This document shows positions 36,791 to 49,997 of a stretch of 64,000 nucleotides of DNA, piece by piece. Position 1 is the stretch's first letter; every line of letters begins with the position of its first letter. The notes beneath the pieces are model-generated. The model ran no database searches. It had not been told where the DNA came from and saw nothing but the letters and a program-made list of their open reading frames with translations. A program made the translations under genes and the position numbers. This DNA comes from Kudoa neothunni (Eukaryota > Animalia > Cnidaria). Location: positions 2,272,532 to 2,336,531 of the forward strand of contig OZ199840.1 in assembly GCA_964304625.1 (NCBI GenBank), given 5' to 3'.

Positions 36791-37370
36791 AGGGGAAGCA
36801 TCAAGTGTTCCTACTGAAATAGTCTTAGAGTGGTAACAAAAGCTTGTCACTATTCTTGAAAAATGGTCACCTGAAGATATTTTTAATATTGATGAGACTA
36901 GTCTTTTTTCCAACAATACAAAGGTTTATACTAATTAAATGACCTGTTGAAATTTTATTTGTAGATAACGATTATACAACCGGAATGGAAAGCGATGTTA
37001 GGGGAACAAAGCAATTAAAGAACCGGGTAATTGTAACTGTTCTTCTTGGATTTTCAATGACTGGCGAAAAACTCCCTCTATTTATTAATGGGAAATATGA
37101 AAAGCCAAGATGTTTTAAAGGTGTAAGTACATATCCGTTGCTCTACGAGTCGAATAAAAATGCTTGGATGACTTCGGAATTATTTATAAAATATATGAAT
37201 CATCTTTATAATTCTCATGTCTTATCGAAATAAAAAAATTATTCTTTTTCTTGACAGTTTCCCAGCGCACCCTATATAAAACTTACAAATATCAACCATT
37301 TTTGAAGTTGGAAAAGAAATACATAAAATTATCGAAAAGTATATAGAGAAAAAAAGATATCTGATTATTT
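36790..37370 (+). mobile_element. pogo/Tigger-type DDE transposase remnant
   Basis: DIFNIDETSLF, KNRVIVTVLL..TGEKLPLFINGKYEKPRCFK, YESNKNAWMTSELF, FLDSFPAHP. Confidence 0.85.
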
Positions 37371-37397
37371 TCAATTACGATGAATTTTCTAACGTAA

Positions 37398-37690
37398 TCT
37401 ATCCACTATATATATCAAATTTAAATGTCCGTGTGTGTGTCAGAAAGTACGCATTTTTCATTATTTATAGAGAGACATATCGCTCCATTTGAGCGCGCAT
37501 ATGGAAAGATAAAATTTTATTTTAACAGAAAAATACGTAAAAAATTATCACGTGATATAAGTGGGTAGTCTGTATTATTTATCTAAAATACTCTGAATTT
37601 ACTTTGAACTTCAAATGATCTTGGCCTACTCAAGGCTTTAGTCTGCGCGGCCAGGAAAGAAAACCCATGCGAAGGGGGCTTTTGCGCTAG
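37398..37690 (+). mobile_element. Non-autonomous Helitron, family 1
   Basis: A|TC start and hairpin plus GCGCTAG|T end. The 5' part matches 21297-21480 and the 3' part matches 54893-55012 (-). Confidence 0.8.
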
Positions 37691-38491
37691 TTGTATATAA
37701 ATTTAATATGTAAATTTATGTGCTCGTGCAGATACACTCTCTATGTCGGTAGTTTTAACGTATGTGACATGATAAGTATATTTTAAAAGTTCTATTAATG
37801 CTTAAAAATACGAGAAAAAGACTATGTTTGCATCATTAATAACGAATCGGTTGAGCATGCCATAATAGGATAGATTAAAGTATTTAATACGAGCAATAGG
37901 TCCTCGGATTTCATTGAAATCGTCCGCTATGTTGAACTTTCCAGGATTAAATTCAATGCAGATGGTTTTATTTTATTTCATTCAATTATTTATATTGTGT
38001 ATGATGAAATTGAAGTGATTTGTGGTTGTTTATGTGATAAAGTGTGTATAGCTCTTGCCGAGTCAAGAGGTATTAATTTGAGCATAAAATTTAATTTTCG
38101 TCGATCTATATATCTTTTTCTATATATTTGTCTCCCGTAAACAATGGTGCATAAACTTTCGGAGCTGGGTCAATAATAACTTTAAGGGTAATATTTTAAC
38201 GAGATTTAAATAATTCGCGAATGCAAAAAAATACGACACCGACAATAAATTATTTAGCGTTGGTGCTGGGTCACGAAATTTTTAAATGATCGCCGGAATT
38301 TGTACATTCCTTCACAGAAATGATCATGATTTAAATTTCGCTAATCCAAATCGTTGAAACTATGCCACTTAAAAATTATTAAGTATTTAGCGTCTATGGA
38401 TTAATTTTAAATTCCAATATATTTTTTGAATATTATTAAGAAACGTATCTATGTGAAATCTTCCAAAGCAACGCTGGGTATTTCCCGCTAG
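37691..38491 (+). mobile_element. Non-autonomous Helitron, family 3
   Basis: Ends CCAAAGCAACGCTGGG..CGCTAG|T; homologous to about 62830-63395. Confidence 0.75.
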
Positions 38492-38988
38492 TATATATAT
38501 ATATATATAGTTGTTATTTCGAAGAAGTCCGAAGAAGTGTGTGATCACAAGAATGCATGTCCAGCGAATTTTACTTTCTTATATAAAGCTCTAACATTTG
38601 TTTGAAATACGTAAGCGAATTTAGAAAAATGTAACGTTTATGAACAAAAAATAGAACCGATCGAATTGTTACTTTAAAGGCGTGCAAATACGTGCTTAAA
38701 TTTTGAGCTGACTAAACTTCAGATCCGAGTGGATTATAATTAATTTGAAATCGTGTTTGTTGTTGATTTTCAAAATTTTGTACTATTAAATATTGGAGCT
38801 TCCAATACCTAGAAATGAAGTTAAGATGTAGCATATGTTTTAAATTATTGCGAATATTTTTTATTGTGTTTGACCGTCCTGGGTGGTTTTTATTTTGAGA
38901 ATTAAAAGTTATCGAATAGAACCAAATGTAAATAATTTATTTTGTTGAAGAAAACTATATTAAACTTTAATTATAAATTTAGACAAAA

Positions 38989-41351
38989 TCTATATATATA
39001 TATATTATACAAACTTCGGAATTGCCCCGAGATTGTGTCTTCCAAGGAACAGTGACTTTCAAAAATGTTTTGAGACTGATTAAAGCCTAATTTATATGTA
39101 GCAGTAGTATTCGTGCTCGAATAGAGATTGTTAAAATTTCAAAAGATTAGAACAATTTTTAATTGTATTCTTTGGTGTTTTAAGTTTTCATCTAAATCAA
39201 CCTTCGGGTGATCGAGAGGATTAGAGCCACCTGGAGCGTATGTTACGGAGATAAATATGTGTATAGACGTTATATTAAAAAAAATTTACACAATAAACAA
39301 ACACTTTTAAATTATTATTATTATTATTTCGTGAAATAAAGTACGTTGAAAGTTTAAATAACGTTTGCATCTCATGACTCCATAATTTTTTATCGATCGA
39401 TTAAACACATTATTTCGTCCAAACTCTTCCGTCTCTAAGCACTTTAATATTGATGTTTTACGTGTGGTTCTCTAATATTATGCATTGTAAATTTATTTTT
39501 TTCTCCTTCAAAACATTTTTTTGTGAACAAGTTGTTAGCAAGTAAACTATATCGTACGATGGCATCCTTATTGTAATCCTTTACTGAAAATAACATGAAT
39601 TGTTTATAAAAGCAATAATCACGAGGTGTTGTGTCGTTTAAGTGTGTCTTATTCAAGCGTAATTTAAAAAATACAACACTTATTGTCCACAGAGTCAATC
39701 TTATTTTTGACTGTACGCATCGAGACATTCCACACTCAACCGCGCTTTACAATAGACTATTCACATGGGTAGACAATATACTATGCACAATTCATGGAAT
39801 CGTTCAACACTACGACTAAGTAGGCGAATACAAGAGAGGAGAGCATTGGAAACAACATTATAGTAGGGATGTGATTTTTAATAGCAATCAATGCATATTT
39901 CTAATTGAAACCCACCTGCTTCTACTTCTTCTCAGGAGACACCCCTACAGTCACGACGAAATTGTCGACGTTTACGCCTTTCACAAGAAACCGACGAGCA
40001 AAAAGAACGAATACAAGAAGCAAATAGAGTAAGCAATAGAAATCGACATGTACGTGAGACGACTCAACAGAGTCCTGCAGTGTCACCTATAAATGAGCAC
40101 AGCACAAGATCAGACAGTAAATTTGTATCTGAACCTTACTACATTCCTGTTCTATCAGGTCAACAAACGCGAAGTATGTCTGATGATACTTGGAATATGG
40201 TCGCTTTGCATTACGACCTCTGCTACAACATGGGAATGAAATGAATATTACAATTGGAAAAATGTCGAAAACTTTCCAGAAATGCCGTTCTAAGAAATAA
40301 ATAAACGAATCCGCGGGTGTGTTATTACGGCGGTAATGTTATTTTGGACACACTATATGATCCTCCTCATTTTCTACAGACTCCGAAATTTCAAGACACT
40401 TGCTACAAAATATCCGAAAATACAGCTGCGCTTTCCAGATGACATCTTTTTTAAAAAACATAACTAGTAGGGCGGATTCATACCTACTTTTATGGTTCAC
40501 GGTCAAATGTGTCATTGGATTATTGAATCGCTATTGCCTTCTGAAAATGAGCAACGAAATTCTTGCGATTATATTTCATACAAAACATGTATTTTCAAGC
40601 TCAAAATCGATCCAATATGTATCTCTAGCATAGGCATGATATTATTTTAGCGCTTCAAGATATGTATGTTACACAGACACACTAGCTACATCCACAGTTT
40701 TAGGCATGACTTAGAAATGCACCCGTCTTCTGATTTTGATATAATCATAAACGATGCCAAACTTCCATAGGTAGAAAATGAGAGAAAATACAACTCTCCA
40801 ACCTGAAATGAGGTGGCCATCGCAATGTCGGATGAGCAGCATTGTACGAGGGATATTGTTTTGAGGAGTACAAACAACAAACTTCAGAGGATAAGCGAAA
40901 CACACAGATCGCATTATGTATTGCAATATCCATTAACTAATGTCTATGGTCAAGATGGTTACCATTTTCATATTCTACAGATTGACGCAAACGAAAGTGC
41001 TACAGGTAAGGATTTATATTCTTTTTATTTTATGGAAAGGGAAAATAGTTTTAACATGCTTCATCACTTGGGGATATTATTCCTACAATATGCTGTAGGT
41101 ATGTTTGGAAGATGGAATCAGAGAGACTTTGTTTTATCAGAGCGAAACAAGATTAACTTCGTGTTGAATCTTGCATCAATTTAATTGATAGCATTAGTAG
41201 CGACGGTGAAATAAATGGGCGGGATGATTGTACATTTCGCCGTCGACTTTCGCTTTCGTAGGTTCACCACGCTATATAAACGAGAGGATACAGCTTGTCA
41301 TGACCTACTTTTGATGTTTTGGAGGATAACATTCGAGTGCAATCCCTTTTA
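38989..41351 (+). mobile_element. 5' half of an autonomous Helitron (copy A), decayed and cut by an LTR element
   Basis: A|TC start at 38989. Rep N-terminal motifs (NIRKYSCAFQMTSF, RDIVLRSTNNKLQRISETHRSH..LQYPL..GQDG, F.GSPRY). Nearly identical to 59680-60400 on the opposite strand. Confidence 0.88.
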
Positions 41352-44300
41352 TGTTATGTTAGTAGATTAGTACACGGGATTAACAAATCATTAGCTGGGG
41401 AGCGCAATTATTATTGTCGTTGTTATTGTTGCTTTTAGTGTCTCTTTCTTGCGTTCGCAATACTGGCGACGAGGATTCTTACAAACCTACATATGTTTTT
41501 GCCTAATAAGTAATAAGGTGGGTTGGATTTGCTTCATGGGACGGTTTACATGCTTTGTTGAAACCAATGGAGTTGAAACGTAAAGACAGAATAGCCTGTT
41601 ACTTTCTATCATGCATGTTCCAACTTATGGAATGCTGAAAACTTCAAACATCCCGATGAAACTAACAATACCTGAAATTACTAATTAGATGAGCGAACAC
41701 TTCGATACTAAGACTCTTGTTATTTCGGAACGGTTCACTTTCTGGAAAACCGAACAAGATGACAATGAATCTGTCACTGAATATATTATAATATTAAGAA
41801 GAATGCGTGCAAAATGTGCGTTAGGCTCATTCTTGAAGGAGGCTCTCAGGGATAAATTTGTTGGAGGACTTAAGAGTGAATTAGCAAACACACAACGATC
41901 ACTCCTTACGGACTAGAATGTAATATTAGGAAGAGCTATTGAACGAACTTCTGTCCAAGAAGCATCAATGTTACATCAGCGAAAGATGCTGAATGAAAAT
42001 ATTGGAAAAATTTACGATAGAAAAACTGGTGGTAATCGAGAGAAAAATAATGAAATTTCACCAAAATGTTACAGATGCAACGGACCCAACGATCCGAAGA
42101 AATGCAAATTTATGGACGTAAATTATTACAATCGTGGGAAGACAGGCCACATAAATGGAACCTGCAGGAAGCGAATTACAACTATGAATGTTGAAACTGT
42201 TATTATAAGTGACAATAACGAAAAATATTTGAATGAAATGAACCAAGTGACGCCTGTATTTATGCGGATTATAATAAACTCAATATTTGTCAAACTGGAG
42301 ATCGATACAGATCCTCTGTTACTTTATTGGGCTGAAATTTGGTCTAAGCCCACCTAAGCCTCAATAAAATAATGCTTATATTTATTATAAAAACACATTT
42401 TAGAAAAATCACAACAAAACGCCAATAAGAATTTTTTGATTGTAGATTGATTTTTAGAGATTGTATGAAACCACTCCATAAGTCATATTGATTTTTTCTT
42501 CTCCATTGAAATTCACCGAGAAATTCATTAATGACATCCATACGAACAGTTCCATCCTCATTAACCGATGATGTTCTATTTCTGGGAGATCGATATTTTA
42601 TGGCACCCCAAGTGCCCTCAATATATTGGTGTGATCTCCCGAAACACTATCTATATTCTATACTGTGGTAAACAGTGAGATGAGTGTAGAAATTATGGAG
42701 TGTGGCGTAGCTTTTGGAACAGTCAGTGATGATAATTGAGCCTGGTTAACCATAGGTTTTTATTCTTTTTATTAAAGTTTCAGTAGTTCTACCAGGGACC
42801 TCCACTAGAAATACTCTTCTTTCGGGTGTCCTTTCGACACCTCCAAGAACCCGTGCTCCATTAACACCATGACCTTTGTTTATGCTTTATTTTTACCAAA
42901 CTTGGTCTCATCAATTTCTACGACTGTATTTTCTCCTCGAATCCTAAGCTATCGGCCATCATTTGTCTAAGATAGTGGGAATAGTTAGTGATCGTTTGAG
43001 AGGAGTGGCAAGTAATAGTGATCAAGTTAAGAGTTTTTACACCCACTAACCAATAATAAGCCAACTCCATGAAATCATTAACTTTGAATTTCATATTTTT
43101 GAAGATCGTACAGTCAAAAATAGAGACTTCTTTCCGGCAAAACATTGCACAACAACACCAATTTTTTCCGTGGATCGAAAATCTGATCCACCACATTTAC
43201 TTCAATTAATAGGCTCTTCAAGAATGCCCTGTTCAATGAGATAATTGATGGAATTTTTCCCTTCACTACAAATTTTATTGAATGCCTTTCTTGGTGCAAT
43301 CATTGTTGTATGGTTGTTTGTAAATAAGGGCTTAATCCTTATATATTGTGTTGGTGAGTATATAATCCTCATGTTGCGGAATTAGTGTTAGTGGCGGAAA
43401 ACAAACGATTAGCCCACTGTTAATCTCGACAATGTTATAGGATTATTTGGTGACGGATATCAAATGTGATCCTGGACCTTCACTAGAAACATTCTTCTTT
43501 CGGATGTCCTTTCGACACCTCCATGAACCCATGCTCCATTAACACCATGAGCTTTGTTATGCTTTATTTTTACCAAACTTGGACTCATCAATTTCTACGA
43601 CTGTATTTTCTCCTCCAATTATAATGTCGTCGAATCCTAAACTATCGACCATCATTTGTCTAAGATAGTGAGAATAGTTAGTGATAGTTTGAGAAGAGTG
43701 GTCATTAGAGATCATGAAGTTAGAAACGAAAGAAATTGGAAGCTTGTTGAAGAAATATCATAAATTATTTTGGAACGAACTTGGATGTTTCAATGGAACA
43801 AAAACTGCAATATCACTGAAACCTATTACGTCGCCTATTTTTTGTAAATACCGAAGAGTATCTCTTATAAGAAAGAAATGGCTTCAACAGAACTCGATAG
43901 ACTGGTAGAGGCTGGCATATTGAAAGCTATCAGATTCAGCAGATGGGCCACAACTATAGTTGCTGTTGAAAAGATAGGTGGTGGAGTAAGAATTTGTGCT
44001 GATTTTTCTGTCACATTGAACCCTCATCTAAATGTGGATATATATCCACTACCTACAGTAGAAGACATCATGTCTACTCTTGCCGGCGGAGAGTCGTTTA
44101 GTGTTATTGACTTAGAAAATGCTTATCTTCAAATGGATTTTGAGAATACTTCAAAGGAGTTTTTGACGATCACAACACATAAAGGACTGTTTGAATATCA
44201 GAGGCTTCATTTTGGGTTGGCGTCAGCCCCTGCAATTTGACGAAGAACAATGGATATGCTATTGAATGGTATACCAGATGTTCAATGTTATTTGGATAAC

Positions 44301-46520
44301 ATTATTGTTACGGGGAAAACGAGGAATGAACACTTGAGAACGTTAGATAAGGTGCTGAATATATTTCAGCAGCATGGTCTTCGCCTGAACAAAGAGAAAT
44401 GTGCTTTCCTTAACGAATCTATTGAATATTGCAGATACAATGTTTCCAGAAAAGGCCTAATAAAAAGTTAAATGGTGTGGAAGAAGTAATGAGGATGCAA
44501 AAACCTTCTAATAAAACAGACATAAGGATATTCTATGGAATGCTAAATTATTATAGGAAATTTATTCCAAATTTTTCTTCCATACCCAATTCCTGTATAA
44601 CTTGCTGAAGAAAGAAAATGAGTTTACTTTCGAATAAAAATATGCTAGTCTATTTTGATCCATCTCTAAAATTATTATTGACAACAGACGCTTCTGGCAG
44701 TGGTGTTGGTGCAGTATTATCCCATGTTATGGACGATAACCTTGTGAGACCTATCTCATTTATTTCTAGAAGCCTATCAAAAAGAGAGGAAAATTGTTCC
44801 ACGATTAAAAAAGAAGGATTAGCGATCATTTGAGCAATTCAGAAGTTCCATCATTACCTGGAGGGATGACGATTCACCTTGTCAACTGAATATAAGCCAT
44901 TTTTAATCCTAAAAATGGGATACCGAAGACAGCAGCGTCTAGAATCCAAAGGTGGGTAGTCATTATCTGGATACTTGTTTGAAATCAAATATCGAGCGGG
45001 GTCTGAAAATAATCCTGGTGATTGTTTTCCTCGCCTTTTTATGAGAAAGAAGGACGCTAATGAAGAACTTGAAGTGGCAAATGATATGATTGATAAATTA
45101 GTTGTTAAAAAAATTTTAAAACATGGACACTTTCACTTTACGCTTGAAGAACTGACGAGAGAAACAATGGCAGATGAAATCCTAAGTAGTGTTATTAGTC
45201 ATTTTAAGAATGGATGGAAAAGCAAAATACCAATCGGATTGGAACAATTCAAAAGGAGGAAAAATGAGATATCGTTTTTGAATGGATCATTGCTACTTGG
45301 CGGACGGATTATCATACCCAAATCACTCCAAAGTATAGTGTTGAAGGAATTGCATGCGGGGCATATGGGAATATCAAGAACCAAAGAACTAGCGAGAAGT
45401 TATGTTTGGTGGCCTAACATAAACCGTGATATTAAAAGGGTAAACTTCAGCTGCCGCTCATGCCAAGAAGAAAAACGCAAAATGCCTATAAAAAGCAAAG
45501 TACTGCAATGGGAGAATTGTTCACATCCACTGGAAGGAGTACATTTCGATTTTGCTGGTCCTATTAAAGGGTTGTATTTGCTTATAATGGTCGACGCTTA
45601 TTCAAAATGGCCTGAGGTGATACCTATGAGTTCGCCAAATGGAGATAGAACTGTTTCTGTTATGAGGACCTTATTTTCACGTCTTGGTAATCCTGAAACA
45701 ACGGTGTCTGATAATTGTCCCAAATTTGTCCCCAAAGAAATGAGGGATTTTACTGCTAGCAATAACATCAGACATAAATTTATTTTAGCTTACCATCCAT
45801 CTTCCGACGGACTGGCAGAAAGGTTTGTACGACCTTCAAAGGATGCCTTGATAAATCTGATAGTGACATACAAAAAAGTATCGATCGGTTCCTGCTCCAT
45901 CAAAGAAACACACTACACAGCACAACATCAATGGCGCAATCAATCTGTATGATGGGAAGGAGGCCAGGTAGTTTCTTCGACACGTTGAAGATCCAGCCAG
46001 GGAAACCAAGAATGAATAGAGAAAAGGGAACACGAGTACTAGAGCCCGGTGAAACTGTACTGATTCGAAATTTCTTGAAAGGCCCCAAATGAATTAAGGG
46101 TAAAGTTCTTAGAGCGGTTGCACCCCTTACATATTTGGTGTTATCCAACGGACGAGAATTAAAAAGGCATATTGACCATTTGATAATGATTCCATACACT
46201 GAACCAAATGATGAGATTGATGCAAACCCAGCTGAAGAAGATTTACATCAACAACAAATGGTAATGGCCAATACTAAAAACCAATTATAGATTCTACGGC
46301 CCAGGAGGTAGAAAACCCTAATCTTATTGACGATAATGTATCATCTGATAGTGAAGATGTAAATGAACCAACCTTAAGAAGATCTACAAGAAAAGTAAAT
46401 AAACCTGGGAATGAAGAGATGTTATGTTGGTAGATTAATACAGGAGATTAACAAACCATTTGCTAGGGGGCGCAATTATTATTGTTGTTATTGACACTTT
46501 TTTGCTCTCGTCGAACATCA
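41352..46520 (+). mobile_element. Mag-clade Gypsy LTR retrotransposon, decayed, with short LTRs
   Basis: LTRs at about 41352-41462 and 46420-46520 (TGTTATGTT..). PBS TGGCGACGAGGAT at 41464 is complementary to the tRNA-Ser(GCT) 3' end, and a purine tract precedes the 3' LTR. Coding motifs: twin zinc knuckles, protease EIDT, RT WATTIV/VRICADF/YPLP/YLDN, RNase H TDASGSGVGAVL, integrase LHAGH..CRSC, HFDFAGP, SDN, GLAERFV. Confidence 0.92.
42376..43705 (-). mobile_element. Merlin/ISXO2-like transposase copy plus a partial duplicate nested in the Gypsy element
   Basis: VEIDETKFG, GARVLGGVERTPE, IITDCSKSY, TVYHS, WGAIK, FLGEFQWRR. 43490-43700 repeats about 42800-43010 imperfectly. Confidence 0.85.
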
Positions 46521-46989
46521 CTGGTATAGGGAGGAAATAAGAATTATTTAAACAAATCTGTTTATAAAATATATAATGATTCTCTAATTTATTGGGCTTA
46601 TTCTAGCCATTCTAACCTCAAACATCTTGCAAGGTCAATTTATTCTATCCCAGTCCAGTGACTCCTGCGGAATGTAAAAGACAAGCCTAAAAGGCTGGAT
46701 TAATATCACATAAGATCAGTAATCGTTTAAACCAATGCCATTTTGAAAAGTTTGTTCTTCTCAGAAATTATGAATCCTCTGAATAATTATAATAGTTGTT
46801 GAATCAGATAAAACGTACGAAGGTTTTTTAAAGCGACTGCGTATACCCGGCTGTTTCAATATGGAATATCAAGGGTCTGAAGCGGACAATTTTTCTGGAT
46901 AGTTAGTCGGATGATTGTTGGACACGAACCAATTTTATTGAACGTTATACCACCCTGATTAATATGCAATTAAGAAATCTGAGAAAGTA

Positions 46990-48350
46990 TCGATAATTGG
47001 ATGATAAAGTTAAAATAATAAACTATGATGATATAAAAAATTTCGGTAGCTTGAATGCTAAACCCGTTGAGACATTTAAATTTAAATCGGAATCTCCCTT
47101 AAACAAAAAAATATTTAAAAAAAGTATTCTGGAAGATTATAACAATGGGGACCTATATCACAACAGAGAAACCTTAAGAAAAAATAATTTCAACATATTA
47201 GATTCTAAGGTTAAGTAGTGGATTGAGCTAACCAGATCACGTAATATCGAACTCTCTCAGGATGATATAATTAAAAAGTCTACGATTACTCATATAATGT
47301 TAAAACACAATTCTTAAAGTTGATAGAGGGTGGTACATGTTGGTTCTAAGGATTTTCTTCGAGAGTTGGGTGGAAAGTAACAAATTCATACGTAAATCCA
47401 AGAATGTTGTTCCTAAAATAATATCCGCTTGGAAAGATCAACTGTTAAAGTTGATTGGAAATTATGATCCAAAAGATATTTTTAGTTGGATGAAACTGGA
47501 ATATTTTACCAGCAAAAGATAGTTAAAATATCATTTAAATTTATATCTCCATATGAAATTTAATATATGGTTATGCATTTGAAATGGAGGAAAACTTGCA
47601 CGGTTCTAGAAAATCTAGAGAGAGTAACAATTGTTGCGATCTACTCGATGTCAGAAAAAAGACTCATTAATAATTCGCAATCATGAAACACCTTGATGCT
47701 TCCGTGAAATAAACGACCTCACACCTCCCTATTAAACTAACGTGAAGACTTTATTTTTTCAAAATATCTGATAGTATTATTGAAGCTAAAACTTCTCAAT
47801 GTAAGGTAGGAATCATATGATCTGGTAAAAATTTCAAATCTTGAACTCTGGAATCCCCCACAAGGAACAACCAGCGTATTGCAACAATCAGATCAAGGAA
47901 TTATTTAAGATTGTTAATACATTTACAAAAATCATCTGACGAGTTATTTGATCAATAAAGTTACTGTTAATATTATTAATATTTTTGATAACAATTCAAA
48001 TAATGATCCTTCAGATTTACTTGAACATATGTACACGATGAAAGTAATGTGGAAATTAATGAGTGAAGAAACAATCGAAAACTATTTTAATAAATAATTC
48101 TTGTTAATAATTGTGGGTCAGGAGGTATTATCATTTCGACTGGAAGAAAATCCCTAGAAAAATCAAATTGAATGTGGGGCTAACATAGAAGAAACTATTT
48201 CATTTGAAGATCCAGAAGATAAATATGTTAACTCAATAAATAATGAAGTCGACGCAATGAATGTATCCTTTACTCATGAAAATTATTAAAAACCATGCAT
48301 CGTTTTTTTCCATTAATGAAGTTATTGAGCATTTTAATAAACTGAGAGAA
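46990..48350 (+). mobile_element. Second decayed pogo/Tigger-type transposase
   Basis: CENP-B-type HTH remnant (LDSKVK*WIELTRSRNIELS), YDPKDIF..DETGIFY, PPQGTTSVLQQSDQGII; many stops. Confidence 0.7.
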
Positions 48351-48699
48351 AATATTTTTGCTTATGACTTACTTATGTTATAAAATAAAACAAAATGGGA
48401 CTCTTTCGTCTTTAAAATAAGTCACGGTTCGTAATGGAATGATTAGATAGCTGATTATTCTAAAAAAATCTACATATTTTCGAATAATTATGATGTATTT
48501 ATTCGATATTTGTTGTTTGTTGTTTAACATTCAGCTTTGTCAGAATATCTACGAGTTATCATTAATATAAGAAAGAAGATGTAATTTTTGAATACAAAAT
48601 ACGACCGCGCGTCATTATTATCCATCCGGCATAATGTTCGTGCGAGCATGGATACTGTGTACCGCAGGAATACAATTTTAGGGATAGCTACCGAATATC

Positions 48700-49780
48700 G
48701 TTAAATCCGCGCGAATGATTTCCCCAAGATTTGTTAATAATTTTTGCTTGCAATGAGGATAACTCTATCTGTTATCTTATCAATATTTGTATCTTTAAAG
48801 CGCCATCTAACTGTGTAAAATGTAATGGAATTAGCCATTCTATACATCGAAAAAATTGGCGATGCTACTCCAAAATATGCAGAACAGAAACATCCATTTT
48901 TGAGTAGATATTTTTCAGTAATATGAGAATTAAACTTCATGATTTTTTGGAGTTGTCATATTACTGGTTGGTGAGCGTAAAAAGCGTTAACCTGGACACA
49001 ATTATCGGGCACTCTTATCAAACAATTAAGAAATATTGTCGCTATCTTCGTCAGCTGGTAGCAGATAGTTTACGCTTTGAGGAAATAATTATTAAAGAAG
49101 AAAATATAATCGAAGAAATTGATGAGTCAAAATTTGGCAATGTGGAGCATAACGAACGGCATGGGTTCTTGGAGGTGTAGAAAGGACATCAGAAGGAAAG
49201 ATATTTTTGGGGGAAATTCCTGACAAAACCGCCGACACTCTTAAACAAAACGTTAAAACTTTCGTTTACCTGGTTTGATTATTATAACAGATTGCTTCAA
49301 AAGTTATGGAATACTAAATAATTTCTTCACTCATCTCCCCGTAAATCACAGTATAGAATATGTGGATAGTACCACAGAGGCTCATACAAATACCATGGAC
49401 GGAACCTAGGATGCTATCAAATAGAAAATATCACCGAGGAACAGAACATCTTCGGTTAATGAAGATGTTTTTGTCAGTGTGGATGGATGGTATCAATCAA
49501 TTTATTGGTGAATTTCAATGGGGATGAAAATTCAATCTCGGTTTATGGGATGGTTTTATATCCTCGATAAAACAACTTTAATTTACTATCATTTAGATTT
49601 GTATTTGAATGTTTTTGGTAGTTTTTTTCTATTGCGCTAATCTTATGTTAATTTAATGTTAGGGGGTTTATATAAAAGTTCAGCCTAAATTTTTAATATA
49701 AACAAAAATTTCATAGTATTAAATGAGTGTTGTTAAAATGGTCATTAATTAAGGCATTAACACCAGCTGTACCAACTATT
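48700..49780 (+). mobile_element. Merlin/ISXO2-like transposase remnant of the same family as 42376-43705
   Basis: FLELSYYWLV, EIDESKFG, WVLGGVERT, IITDCFKSY, VNHS..AHTNT. No TIRs identified. Confidence 0.85.
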
Positions 49781-49997
49781 ATCCCTATAATTGATAAGTA
49801 ATAATAATTTTACATTAGCAATAATTAGTTATCGAAATTTTTTTAACATTAATTTAATCAAAATTTTTTATTATTCAAATAACATAATAGGCCATTGAAA
49901 CACATTTCTATACAGAACACACTAATACTACTATTAAAATAAATATTTCTAAATTACTACGTAACTTGGTTCTGTATGGAATATAATCGCACTACTA

